Source: a virus | Length of the DNA: 64,000 nucleotides | Reading direction: 5' to 3' (one strand) | IMG/VR virus record: IMGVR_UViG_3300032321_001536 | Shown here: in pieces, positions 10,110-19,857 of the stretch | Numbering within the stretch: position 1 is the first letter of the stretch | How the letters are laid out: each line of letters starts with the position of its first letter | Notes under the pieces: generated by a model | The model's database searches: none | What the model saw: the letters and a program-made list of their open reading frames with translations, nothing else | What the model was told of the DNA's origin: nothing | Translations under genes and position numbers: made by a program

Positions 10110-10655
10110 CTAAGTGAAAAAACTTATCACTTTCTCATAAGGTGTATTTAAAAAAGATACACCGATTACAGATCTTGTTTTATTAGTGACAAGATTTACA
10201 GAATGTGGAATTGTTGTGTTGAGTATCCAACATTCATTATCCTTAGAACAAAATGAATCAATCTCTTTCATACCACCGGACTCATAATTATAATATTGTG
10301 TTGTTTCACCATTTGTATTGATATAATAATTTATAGTGCATATTCTAAAACTATCAATATGTGGTGGAATCATTGATTTAATATAATCACTACCAGTTAC
10401 TTCTAAATACCAAACATGTGGCATTTCTATGTTAAGTAATTCGGTTGGAATTGTGGATAATACATTTGACTTGGTTTGTTCAGATACTTCAAATGTATTA
10501 CCAATAACAGCATCATAATCTACATCTTTTTTAAGAGACAATCCATATTTCTGCCATTTAGAATGACTCATATGTAGACTAGATTTTAAATCTACAGATG
10601 AGTCATTCTTTATGATATTACTACTTACTTTTTTGAAACAATTACCCGCGTCCAT
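10110..10655 (-). CDS. hypothetical protein, possible 2OG-Fe(II) oxygenase (PhyH-like)
   Basis: PPHIDSF (HxD) ... IPHSVN ... RSVIGVSF (RxS) spacing typical of 2OG oxygenases; weak. Confidence 0.4.
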   Translation of the reverse strand: MDAGNCFKKVSSNIIKNDSSVDLKSSLHMSHSKWQKYGLSLKKDVDYDAVIGNTFEVSEQTKSNVLSTIPTELLNIEMPHVWYLEVTGSDYIKSMIPPHIDSFRICTINYYINTNGETTQYYNYESGGMKEIDSFCSKDNECWILNTTIPHSVNLVTNKTRSVIGVSFLNTPYEKVISFFT

Positions 10656-10657
10656 AA

Positions 10658-12361
10658 TTAAAGAACATTTTTTAGAAATGTTGAAATCAATCGATGTCTA
10701 GCGTCTAAATCAATAACATCCTTAAATTTATCTTCAAGTAAACTCAAATACTTAATAAACTTTTCAAGATTTTCTGTGTTATCACATTTGTCTTTAAACT
10801 CAGCCATGCCAAAATCCACAAAACTAATTTTACCATCTAAGACAAGTATATTGTGTAATCTAAACTCTGGATAAAATATACCGTTATCAGTTAACTCTGA
10901 AAATATATTTGTAATCTGTTCTTTCCAATCATTAGGTAAGTTAAAATCATTATAGATGGATTCACCACGATATTCCATTGTAATATCCGTTTCATTGTAA
11001 TCAATAACTTTTGGAGCCGACTTTACATTTTTTAACTTATCTAATAAATTTAATTCTTTATTCATAATCATTTTAGAATTGTCATGTCCTTCAGTTGCCC
11101 ATCTTAGTCGTTTGTTATATCTTTTGATGATTAAATCTTTTCCAATTTTGAATGTATGAGCGGTTGAACCAAATTCATAAGCCTTTATATCCTTATCAAC
11201 ATCGTGTAATGTATTAAATTTATTTAAAGTATATAAACAAACATTAACCAAATTATATCCAGCTACTTTTGGATCAATCCCTTTCTTAGAGCATTGTAGG
11301 AAGAATCCAACGAACTTCACTAACATTTTATACCTCCACTTTTCCTCATATGGATTATCAAAAATATAATCTTCAATGTCAGGAGATGGTTCATTATTAA
11401 CACCTTTGGTTAAAATGAAATTATAAAGAACATCATGCATTAGATGTTTAACAATTAATTTATTTCTTTCTACATTCTCTGGTAAGATAATATTGGCAAA
11501 ATGGTTTAGAAGTTCTTCTGACTTATTCAAAGCATTAGTTACTACATTATAATTAGGTGATGTGAAAATAATATCAAGATTATTCTGAGTATTTGTTTCT
11601 AAGTTCTTTTGATAAACCGTGTCAGGTATATTATAGATGTTTAGGTCTTTGTGCATATCAGAAAGAAGCACATCTACTTGGTCAGTCATAGGATACATTC
11701 CTTTAAATATTCTGGGTAAACATTTATTTTTTATAATATAGAAATGTCCTGAATGAAATTCATCAACAAATTTATAAAAAGGTTCTTCATATCTCACATT
11801 CTTACCTCTTGAGTTTAAACAAATAACATCCCAATCATTAGGAATTTTCGGTAGATATTTTTGGATATTTTCAGTATTAGTAATGGAAATATCATCTTCC
11901 ATGATGATAGTATAATCAGACTCACTTAAGTATCCATAAATCATTGCTCTTAAATGAGAACAATAACAACCTAATGGACCATCTTGAATATGAACACCTG
12001 TATTATTTATTTCTGAGAATTCATTGATTTTTATATCATTATCAATTACATCATTATTGTAATTTTTTATGAATCTTAATATACTAGTTAAATCCTCTTC
12101 TAATTGATTTTTATTTCTACCATCAGTTCCTTTCAAATGTTGAAAATTCTGAATAGATATCTTTTTCAATTGTTCAACAGATGTCTTGTATCTTTCAACA
12201 TGTCTTTCCATATTGAGAAGCATATATGTTTGAGTTCCACCTAAAAGTTTTGGAAAGTCAATTGTATCATCAGAAATGTTTGTGGCGTGTTCTTCATATT
12301 GCATAATCTTAGCATCAACCCCAGTTGCTAAGTGATTTTTAACTTCATCATATTCTATCAT
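10658..12361 (-). CDS. bifunctional protein: N-terminal glycosyltransferase family 25-like domain + C-terminal protein-kinase-like (PKL) fold domain
   Basis: GCYCSHLRAMIYGY...IIMEDDISI (GT25-like); C-terminus LHNILVLDGKISFVDFGMAEF (catalytic-loop/DFG-like). Confidence 0.55.
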   Translation of the reverse strand: MIEYDEVKNHLATGVDAKIMQYEEHATNISDDTIDFPKLLGGTQTYMLLNMERHVERYKTSVEQLKKISIQNFQHLKGTDGRNKNQLEEDLTSILRFIKNYNNDVIDNDIKINEFSEINNTGVHIQDGPLGCYCSHLRAMIYGYLSESDYTIIMEDDISITNTENIQKYLPKIPNDWDVICLNSRGKNVRYEEPFYKFVDEFHSGHFYIIKNKCLPRIFKGMYPMTDQVDVLLSDMHKDLNIYNIPDTVYQKNLETNTQNNLDIIFTSPNYNVVTNALNKSEELLNHFANIILPENVERNKLIVKHLMHDVLYNFILTKGVNNEPSPDIEDYIFDNPYEEKWRYKMLVKFVGFFLQCSKKGIDPKVAGYNLVNVCLYTLNKFNTLHDVDKDIKAYEFGSTAHTFKIGKDLIIKRYNKRLRWATEGHDNSKMIMNKELNLLDKLKNVKSAPKVIDYNETDITMEYRGESIYNDFNLPNDWKEQITNIFSELTDNGIFYPEFRLHNILVLDGKISFVDFGMAEFKDKCDNTENLEKFIKYLSLLEDKFKDVIDLDARHRLISTFLKNVL

Positions 12362-13068
12362 AATTCATTTTTATTTATTGTCTCAGTTTTGTGAGATATT
12401 TTTGATTCTACTTCTATCATATAATCATTTCCATAGTTTAACTTTAAAAAGTATTTAGGATTATTTGGAATATTTACTTCTAATCCTAAAAAATTAACTT
12501 TATTCAATGGAAAGAATTCAGTTAAATTCCACTCATTATGGAAAAATGATATTTTTTCTTTTCCAAAAAATCTAAAGTTGTTACTACAATTAGGGTGACC
12601 ACCAAATGGTTTAAATAATTTTGTTTGTTTTTCATTATCAATCAAAACATCTACATACTCACCGCAACTGTGTATACCAGCACCTACTTCATATGTGAAT
12701 AAGTCTATGAAAGGCCAACAATATTTATCACCTTTAATTGCTTTTTTTCTCCACTCTATTACGTTTTCGTTCTCTGGTATTTCCATTCCATCAGAAAAAC
12801 ATATTTTTACAGAGTCATATTTAGTTCCTTTAAATAAGTTTATATCTGAATATTTTTCAGATATAAATTCTAACTTATCTCTAAAAGTCTCATCTACTAA
12901 TAAATCGATATCATCATCCCACGGGATAAAATCACCATGTCTCACATAACCTAATAAAGTTCCACTTATTAGACAGTGATTAATATCAAACTCATTTAAT
13001 ATAGAAATAGTTTTCTTTAGTAGTTCTATTGCTACGTTTTTATACTGACCAAAACCTAAATCACTCAT
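12358..13068 (-). CDS. LicD-family phosphotransferase (phosphocholine/ribitol-phosphate transferase family, fukutin-like)
   Basis: LISGTLLGYVRHGDFIPWDDDIDLLVDE matches LicD signature. Confidence 0.75.
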   Translation of the reverse strand: MSDLGFGQYKNVAIELLKKTISILNEFDINHCLISGTLLGYVRHGDFIPWDDDIDLLVDETFRDKLEFISEKYSDINLFKGTKYDSVKICFSDGMEIPENENVIEWRKKAIKGDKYCWPFIDLFTYEVGAGIHSCGEYVDVLIDNEKQTKLFKPFGGHPNCSNNFRFFGKEKISFFHNEWNLTEFFPLNKVNFLGLEVNIPNNPKYFLKLNYGNDYMIEVESKISHKTETINKNEL

Positions 13069-13288
13069 AAAGTATTTTATTTAATTTACCTTCTCTTGTT
13101 TTATCTATTGATTCAAATCTTCCGTAGTAGTAGTTACCTTTTTTTCCTAAATCATTTGTAACTACATAAACACTATCCGTGTCTGAAACTCTTGTTGCAA
13201 TAGCTTGATATACTTTACCTATAGTTAGATTAACCTTTGAGTCCATCGCACCATTCATTTCACCATTATTAATACAAACTAATTTCAT
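13061..13288 (-). CDS. small protein, paralog family member 1 (75 aa)
   Basis: MKLVCINN...LTIGKVYQAIAT shares motif with 13552..13803. Confidence 0.45.
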   Translation of the reverse strand: MKLVCINNGEMNGAMDSKVNLTIGKVYQAIATRVSDTDSVYVVTNDLGKKGNYYYGRFESIDKTREGKLNKILYE

Positions 13289-13555
13289 CTATTCAATTTC
13301 TAATACTTTGTTTATTTTCAATTCTCTCCAAATATGAAGAGGTAGAAAGTAATAACCTTTTGGACTATAATAAGATGGTAGAGGTTGATGCCCTCTATCA
13401 CTTTCAATTGGTAAAAGTGAGCCATCATTAAATTTAGAATATAAAGTATATTGTTTACCATAGGTAAAATCTTGAAAATGTTCAGTTATACAAACAACAA
13501 TATCCCCTTTACTAAGAGGGTATTCTTGACCTTTTATTCTTGATGGATAAATCAT
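13289..13555 (-). CDS. small protein (88 aa), probable paralog family member
   Basis: abuts neighbours; weakly similar to the flanking genes. Confidence 0.4.
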   Translation of the reverse strand: MIYPSRIKGQEYPLSKGDIVVCITEHFQDFTYGKQYTLYSKFNDGSLLPIESDRGHQPLPSYYSPKGYYFLPLHIWRELKINKVLEIE

Positions 13556-13803
13556 ATTCCTAAATCTTCTAATTTTAATTCTCTAATCTCATCTAATGTA
13601 AGAGTTCTAACACACTCATCAGTATAACCAGAAACCTCGCCTTTATCATTAACTAATTTATAGAAAGGTCCTGTGTAATCATCATACCTTCTGGCATTGA
13701 AAGGAATATGAGTAATCTCTATCACATCATATACTTTATCCACAGTCAAAGGTAGTCTATCATATCGATTGTATTTACTTATATTCAAACACTTTACTTT
13801 CAT
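13552..13803 (-). CDS. small protein, paralog family member (83 aa)
   Basis: MKVKCLN...LTVDKVYDVIEIT motif; ATGA-coupled to folD. Confidence 0.45.
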   Translation of the reverse strand: MKVKCLNISKYNRYDRLPLTVDKVYDVIEITHIPFNARRYDDYTGPFYKLVNDKGEVSGYTDECVRTLTLDEIRELKLEDLGI

Positions 13804-14693
13804 TCTTCAATAAAGTTTTTCATCTTCCAAGCCTCATAAGTATTTAGAATCAATCCAGATATAGTCATAGGACCAACACCTCCTGGAACCGGTGTGATCC
13901 AAGAAGCCTTCTCAGATATAGCATCAAATTCACAATCACCAACTAACTTACCACTTTGTAATCTATTGATACCAACATCAATAACAACAACTCCTTCTTT
14001 AACCATATCTGAAGTTAATAATCCAGGTTTACCAACTGCGACAATAACAATATCAGCCTTTTTAGTTTCTTCAATTAGAAGCTCTTTGGGTGTGTTTATA
14101 TCACAAGAGGTAACAGTAGCTCGACCAATGTTAAAGTCATTACCTAACATAATAGAAATAGGTTTACCGACAATATTTGAGCGACCTATTACTACAACAT
14201 GTTTTCCTGTCGTATCAATTTGATAGTGTTCAATTAGTTTAAGAATACCATAAGCAGTTGCTGGTCTCATTGCTTTTTGACCTAAAGCCATCTTTCCAAA
14301 ATTAAGTGGATGAAACCCATCAATATCTTTGTAAGCACTTATCTCATTTATGATAGAATCCGCTTTTATATGATCAGGAAGGGGTAACTGGACAATAAAT
14401 CCATCGTAAGAAGATTTGTTTAATCTTTTTACTTCTTCTAATAATTCAAATGCTGTAATTGTTTCTGTAAATTTAATTACGCTATAATTTATACCAGCTT
14501 TCTCACAGGCTTTAGTTTTTCCTTTTACATAAGATTCCGATGCTGGATTATTTCCAACAAGAACGATAGCCATACTCGGTCTGGATATTTGATAACCTAA
14601 TCGAGACTCACTATTTTCAATTTGAATATCAATTTTATTCTTGACTTCATTAAGAATGTGATTAGATACTAATTTACCATCTAGAATGTTCAT
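13800..14693 (-). CDS. folD: bifunctional methylenetetrahydrofolate dehydrogenase/methenyl-THF cyclohydrolase
   Basis: full-length FolD-like sequence (VLVGNNPASESYVKGKTKAC..., GKHVVVIGRSNIVGKP, PVPGGVGPMT). Confidence 0.85.
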   Translation of the reverse strand: MNILDGKLVSNHILNEVKNKIDIQIENSESRLGYQISRPSMAIVLVGNNPASESYVKGKTKACEKAGINYSVIKFTETITAFELLEEVKRLNKSSYDGFIVQLPLPDHIKADSIINEISAYKDIDGFHPLNFGKMALGQKAMRPATAYGILKLIEHYQIDTTGKHVVVIGRSNIVGKPISIMLGNDFNIGRATVTSCDINTPKELLIEETKKADIVIVAVGKPGLLTSDMVKEGVVVIDVGINRLQSGKLVGDCEFDAISEKASWITPVPGGVGPMTISGLILNTYEAWKMKNFIEE

Positions 14694-17125
14694 ATTTTCT
14701 TTATTATACAGGTTATAGAGTCTTTTTGGGTTTTTATTATCTCAATTGTATCAATTATTTTACAGATGTTGTCAAATTCAATTTGATTAATAAAATAATT
14801 TTGACTTGACATTTTTTTATTTTTTAAATCTTCTAAGAGTTGTAAAGTTGTGTTATCACTGGTAGCTCCATATATTTGATTAGAAGTAGATGGATTATGA
14901 ACTAAATTTGAAGTGTGAACATCTTCTATCACTAAAAATCCTCCAGAATTAATTTTATTGATAAGATTTTTTATTGATAATTGTTGTTGCAACATTGTGT
15001 GACCACCATCTTCAATTATTATATCAAAGTCATTATCTAATTTTTTATAATCTTCTGAATTTTCTTGATTGAGTTGTGTGAATGTGAAATCATTGCTCCA
15101 ATTAACGACTAAGTTTAGGTTTTGACTTTCATTTATATTTTTGACGTGATTAATCATTTCAGATTCTGTAACTATATCTGCTCCGTGAATTTCAGCATTT
15201 CTGAAATAATCTACCCACATTCTTATAGAAGATCCTAACCAAAGACCTATTTCTAAAAATTTTATTTTTTCATTTCTTAGGTGTGAGAACTTAGAATCAT
15301 ATATTAAACTGAATAAATGTTCAGCTTTATCGGTTCCGGTTCTTTTTGCGATTTCGTGTAAAGATTCTTGATAAACATCAACTTTTTGTTTATCTGTTAC
15401 TTCCGGTTGTCCAAAGTGGCAGATATCATCAATACACTCATTGAATCTATATTCTCTATTAAAATAGTCAATTTGTTCTTGAGTTCTTTTAGTTATAATA
15501 ATACAATTTTGACCAAATAATATTGATGAGATATTAAGATGATTTCTAACACCAGTAAATTCCGAATTTATCATTTCTTGATATTTCTTAAAAGCATCAA
15601 TAAGATTAAAATAACCGGATTTGTAACCATACAATGTTGATTCTGGATTCCAATAACTAACTTCTATATCTTCAATTATATAAACACCACCTGGTTCTAA
15701 TAGGTTTTTGAACAAGTAATTGAATGTATCAAACTGATGCATTGGATTATGACTACCATCATCTAATATTAATTTGGCTTGAGTTATTAAGTCTATAATT
15801 CGGTCTAAATCTGATAGCTTAGATTGGTCACCTTTGATGACTCTACATCTATCAGACTCAATGTGTTGAACATTTATATCTAAGACTGTTATATCGGCTT
15901 GTGGAAAGTATTCAATCCAAGTTTTCATCGATGCTCCGTCACCGTATCCGATTTCAAGCATATTGAATTTTTGATATCTAAATTTCTCAAAGTATTGTGG
16001 ATAAAAATGGTGATAACCGTGATAATATACTTTGTCTGTTTGATTATTCAAACTTAGGTGATAAAAATCTTTCGGAGTATCTTGAACTATTTGTTCAACA
16101 ACGGTCAAGTTATTTGATTCATCATATCCAAAATTATCAAAATGTTTAACTACCACATAGTCGTGTATAGTGCAACTAGATAGTTTTTTCTGATTATTAA
16201 ATTTTTCTCTAACATTAAATTCTAAGACCTCAACATCAAAACCTGTATCAACTAAACTCTGATCTAATTCAATTATTATTGGATATCCGTTAATTTTAAT
16301 GTTATAAGTTTTATCAGCAAATCTAACAATCATATTTGTTTCAATATCTGATACAACAATAAGATATAGTTTGTTAGTATTTTGTTCTTTAGATAGATAT
16401 AAGTATAAATTAAATTCTTTGCCTTCTATTTTTTTCTGAGTTAAAAAATCAGAGGTTGCTATTAAATCTATTTTATTATTTTGTTTTATATTAACAAGAA
16501 GGTCTTTATCAATTCTAAGTTGTCTTTCCTTAAACCTTTTTAACATATACTCTTCAAGAATAGGATATCCTTGGTCACAGTAGTCACTTTTACTATTAAT
16601 ATGTGAAAAGGAATCCAACATTTGTTGAGTTTTGATAGAGAAAATTCCAGTGTTCATGTAATTTTCATTCTCTGTGTAGTAGTAGTAGAATAAATCGTTA
16701 TTATCAAGTGATTCAGACTGATTAGGTAATAGATTTCTATCTTGAATTATATAATCATAGTTTAAGTAGTGTAGTTTTGAAATTCCGTTAATTTTTGCAA
16801 TAGTCGCTGCATTTTTCATTAGTTTTAAAACAGCATAACTGTGATTCATGTCAACACTGTGTTGATTTTCAAAATGTGGAAAACTCAACCAAAAGAATAT
16901 AGCACCCCCAATCTTCTCAAGATCACTGCCTGTGATTACAGGATTTTCTTTATCAAAAATTGTATAATCACATAGCAATTGTATTTCATCCGGAACTTGA
17001 TATGAACTGGATAAAATTACTTTATAACCCTGATTTGTTGATGAAAGGATACATTCCTTTAGAATATCTAACTTCTCAGGTGTATTAGCATATGATAAAA
17101 TTACTATTGATTCGTTTGTTACCAT
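14690..17125 (-). CDS. 811-aa multidomain protein with two tandem class I SAM-dependent methyltransferase domains (CmcI/TylF/Methyltransf_24-like sugar O-methyltransferase type)
   Basis: two copies of the motif-I pattern LEIGYGDGASMKTW and LEIGLWLGSSIRMW each followed by D/E acidic loop. Confidence 0.65.
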   Translation of the reverse strand: MVTNESIVILSYANTPEKLDILKECILSSTNQGYKVILSSSYQVPDEIQLLCDYTIFDKENPVITGSDLEKIGGAIFFWLSFPHFENQHSVDMNHSYAVLKLMKNAATIAKINGISKLHYLNYDYIIQDRNLLPNQSESLDNNDLFYYYYTENENYMNTGIFSIKTQQMLDSFSHINSKSDYCDQGYPILEEYMLKRFKERQLRIDKDLLVNIKQNNKIDLIATSDFLTQKKIEGKEFNLYLYLSKEQNTNKLYLIVVSDIETNMIVRFADKTYNIKINGYPIIIELDQSLVDTGFDVEVLEFNVREKFNNQKKLSSCTIHDYVVVKHFDNFGYDESNNLTVVEQIVQDTPKDFYHLSLNNQTDKVYYHGYHHFYPQYFEKFRYQKFNMLEIGYGDGASMKTWIEYFPQADITVLDINVQHIESDRCRVIKGDQSKLSDLDRIIDLITQAKLILDDGSHNPMHQFDTFNYLFKNLLEPGGVYIIEDIEVSYWNPESTLYGYKSGYFNLIDAFKKYQEMINSEFTGVRNHLNISSILFGQNCIIITKRTQEQIDYFNREYRFNECIDDICHFGQPEVTDKQKVDVYQESLHEIAKRTGTDKAEHLFSLIYDSKFSHLRNEKIKFLEIGLWLGSSIRMWVDYFRNAEIHGADIVTESEMINHVKNINESQNLNLVVNWSNDFTFTQLNQENSEDYKKLDNDFDIIIEDGGHTMLQQQLSIKNLINKINSGGFLVIEDVHTSNLVHNPSTSNQIYGATSDNTTLQLLEDLKNKKMSSQNYFINQIEFDNICKIIDTIEIIKTQKDSITCIIKKI

Positions 17126-17237
17126 TTTACATATTATTTTCTATTAACGTAGTTCTTAATCATTTGATTAACATAAGGTGCAATCATAATTCCCATTACA
17201 ATACCACCTACTAAATATACAAGTTCATTCATATTTT

Positions 17238-17597
17238 TTACATTGTTTTTATTGTCGTTACTCTTTCTACAAGTGGTCCCCAAACCCCTTTATAAGTAAC
17301 ACCCATAACTTTTCTATTGTCTATCCAACAATAAACATCTTCATCATTTAAACATCTTGGTTTATTCATTATCAGACCATGATACTTAAATCCATTTTTA
17401 TCTAACCATTCAATAGTTACTTGTCGGTCTTTTGCTTCACGAGCAGTAAAGAAAGTAATATGATTACCTTCATCATACCACTTGTTAATTTGTTCAAGTG
17501 ATCCTTCAATCACTTTAGCTGTTGGGTATAAATGAGCATCTTCGTTCATTATATCATCACAACAAGTTCCGTCTATGTCTATTAAGAATATTTTCAT
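17238..17597 (-). CDS. small HAD-superfamily hydrolase-like protein
   Basis: N-terminal IDIDGT (DxDGT motif I), 119 aa. Confidence 0.5.
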   Translation of the reverse strand: MKIFLIDIDGTCCDDIMNEDAHLYPTAKVIEGSLEQINKWYDEGNHITFFTAREAKDRQVTIEWLDKNGFKYHGLIMNKPRCLNDEDVYCWIDNRKVMGVTYKGVWGPLVERVTTIKTM

Positions 17598-18613
17598 CAG
17601 ATTGCGTTTAATTCGTGAATACTTTGTCTATTAACTAATCCCCAGATAGACTTACCAATAATTCTATCACAAGAAATAACTTTCATTTTACCTGGTGTTG
17701 GTGGTCCTTGACGCAATCCTCTTCCATCATTACGAGAAGAATCTTTCTCATAAATAAGTGGAATACTATCAGATACTAACAACTCAGTGATTTTTGAGTT
17801 ATAAAGATTCTCAATTGCTTTACCACTTAGTATACCGTGAGTCGCAATACATCTAACAGACTTAGCACCTTTCTCAATAAGTAACTCAGCTGCTTTACAC
17901 ATTGTTCCTAATGTATCAGCCATATCATCAACAATAACAACATTACGACCATTAACATCACCAACAAGTTCCATTGAATGAATCTCATTTGGTTTAATTC
18001 TTTTCTTATTAATCATTGCGAATGTTGAGTCAGGAAAAGCCTTACAGAAATCTGAGGCTCTTTTAACAGCACCCTGGTCAGGAGCCACTATGGTCAAATC
18101 TTCGATGTGATTTTCTTTAATGTAATCAATAAAGATTTTGTTACCATTTAAGTGAATAACAGGAACATTATAAAAACCTTGAATAGCAGAAGCGTGAAAG
18201 TCAATTGTGATAATTCGATTCATTCCAGCAGTTGTCAAAATATCCGCTAGAACTTTAGAACCAATTGATGAACGAAGATGGTCTGTTTTGTCTTGTCTTG
18301 AGTAACCTTGAAATGGAGAAACTAATGTAAATGATTTACAACCCGCTCGTTTTGCGGCATCAATTACTAAAAGTGTTTCCATTATATTATCAGAGGAATT
18401 AGTTGTCTGAACAAAAAACACATCGTGATCTCTGACTGATTCTTGAAACAGTGGTAAAATCTCACCATCTGAGAATTTATCAATTTTTAATTTACCTGGA
18501 GTAATTTCCTCATCAACCATAACGGTTGAAGAGTATTTAAGTTGTTGTTTTTTTAAAATTTCACATATACTTTTCGTTAGTTCTTTACTTCCTGTTCCGC
18601 TAAAAATTTTCAT
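17597..18613 (-). CDS. prs: ribose-phosphate pyrophosphokinase (PRPP synthetase)
   Basis: PRPP-binding VVIVDDMADTLGTM, N-terminal MKIFSGTGS...FSDGE. Confidence 0.85.
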   Translation of the reverse strand: MKIFSGTGSKELTKSICEILKKQQLKYSSTVMVDEEITPGKLKIDKFSDGEILPLFQESVRDHDVFFVQTTNSSDNIMETLLVIDAAKRAGCKSFTLVSPFQGYSRQDKTDHLRSSIGSKVLADILTTAGMNRIITIDFHASAIQGFYNVPVIHLNGNKIFIDYIKENHIEDLTIVAPDQGAVKRASDFCKAFPDSTFAMINKKRIKPNEIHSMELVGDVNGRNVVIVDDMADTLGTMCKAAELLIEKGAKSVRCIATHGILSGKAIENLYNSKITELLVSDSIPLIYEKDSSRNDGRGLRQGPPTPGKMKVISCDRIIGKSIWGLVNRQSIHELNAI

Positions 18614-18629
18614 ATCTATATTTTATAAT

Positions 18630-18986
18630 TTAATCCAAAAGGTGTTTAAGTTGAGATTCCCTCATTTTTGATATACTCACACTAAAGAAAGGTTTTATGT
18701 TTTTAAGAAAATATTTGAAATTTGATGGATAATTTATCACCTCAATTTCTTTTCTTATAACTTGGTATTTACCGTTATTGTATCCACTTATACGTCTGTA
18801 AACAGTTTTCTTTTCCGGTTTGATAAGTTTATTATTATTTTTTTCTTTTTTCCATCTGAAAAGAAGATCATATTGTTGTGTTTTATTTAAAGCATCAAAC
18901 CAAATAGTGTTTCTACCCATCTTATTTCTAAGTGAGTTTAGTTCTTTTTCGTGTTGTCTGCGTTTTTTCTCTTTATTTGATAACAT
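18630..18986 (-). CDS. basic K/R-rich hypothetical protein (start at ATG 18986)
   Basis: track start 19094 overlaps the dehydrogenase gene by 83 nt; internal ATG removes overlap. Confidence 0.4.
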   Translation of the reverse strand: MLSNKEKKRRQHEKELNSLRNKMGRNTIWFDALNKTQQYDLLFRWKKEKNNNKLIKPEKKTVYRRISGYNNGKYQVIRKEIEVINYPSNFKYFLKNIKPFFSVSISKMRESQLKHLLD

Positions 18987-19011
18987 AAAGCAAATATAAT
19001 AAAAAAAAAAA

Positions 19012-19857
19012 TTAATCTTCAGATACTGCTCGACCAATTTGTTTTTCCCAATCTTTATCTGTTCTAACTTCTTTATTTTTTTCAATAGCCGCATCTAACA
19101 TAGTAGTTTTTACTCCTAACTCAGTAGCTACATATCTAAGACCTGACATATCCTTTGGAAAACAATGACCACCATAACCAAAGTCACCATCAGGTCCTGG
19201 AACAGACCAGTGAGATGTAGCAAGTCTTTCATCATATTTAGAGTATTCCATTACTTTATCATAATCGATATCAAGACCTTCGCAAATTTGATACATTTCA
19301 TTAGCAAAAGACACTTTAGTTGCTAAGAAAGTATTAGTCACATATTTAATCATTTCAGCAATTGTAGAACTAGTTTTTATAATTGGAACTTTAGGAAATG
19401 CTTTTTCAAAAACTGTTTTAACTTTTGAAGTCCAAGGTCTATCACCGCCAATTATAATTCTATTTTGGTTTTTATAGTCTTCAACAGCATTTGCTTCTGT
19501 TAAAAATTCTGGATTAAATACAATCTTTAAATTCAAATTTTCTTTATTTAATACTTCAGTTGTTCCTGGTGGAATTGTTGATTTTATAACAACTATAAAG
19601 TCTTTTTTATCTAATGACTTAACAATCATATCTACTTGTGAAAGACAGTTTTTAACAATTGAAAGATCACATTCACCTGATTTTCTCATCGGTGTTGGTA
19701 GACATAAAAATATCATATCGGACTTTTCAATTAAATTAAAAAGTGAACTTTCTGTGCAATTACCATTTATATCAAATGTAAATGTTTCAAAGTAATTTTT
19801 CATACCTTCATAAACGGATCCACCAACGAATCCTTGTCCTATAACTCCTAATTTCAT
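19012..19857 (-). CDS. UDP-glucose/GDP-mannose dehydrogenase-family protein (short form)
   Basis: MKLGVIGQGFVGGS Rossmann start, catalytic GGHCFPKD; only 281 aa so C-terminal UDP-binding domain reduced. Confidence 0.6.
   Translation of the reverse strand: MKLGVIGQGFVGGSVYEGMKNYFETFTFDINGNCTESSLFNLIEKSDMIFLCLPTPMRKSGECDLSIVKNCLSQVDMIVKSLDKKDFIVVIKSTIPPGTTEVLNKENLNLKIVFNPEFLTEANAVEDYKNQNRIIIGGDRPWTSKVKTVFEKAFPKVPIIKTSSTIAEMIKYVTNTFLATKVSFANEMYQICEGLDIDYDKVMEYSKYDERLATSHWSVPGPDGDFGYGGHCFPKDMSGLRYVATELGVKTTMLDAAIEKNKEVRTDKDWEKQIGRAVSED

Noticed and set aside
18987-19094. N-terminal extension of ORF 18630..19094 overlapping the dehydrogenase gene by 83 nt
   Set aside because: Same-strand 83-nt overlap is atypical here (other overlaps are 1-20 nt). 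An internal ATG at 18986 gives a clean junction just after a poly-A tract.
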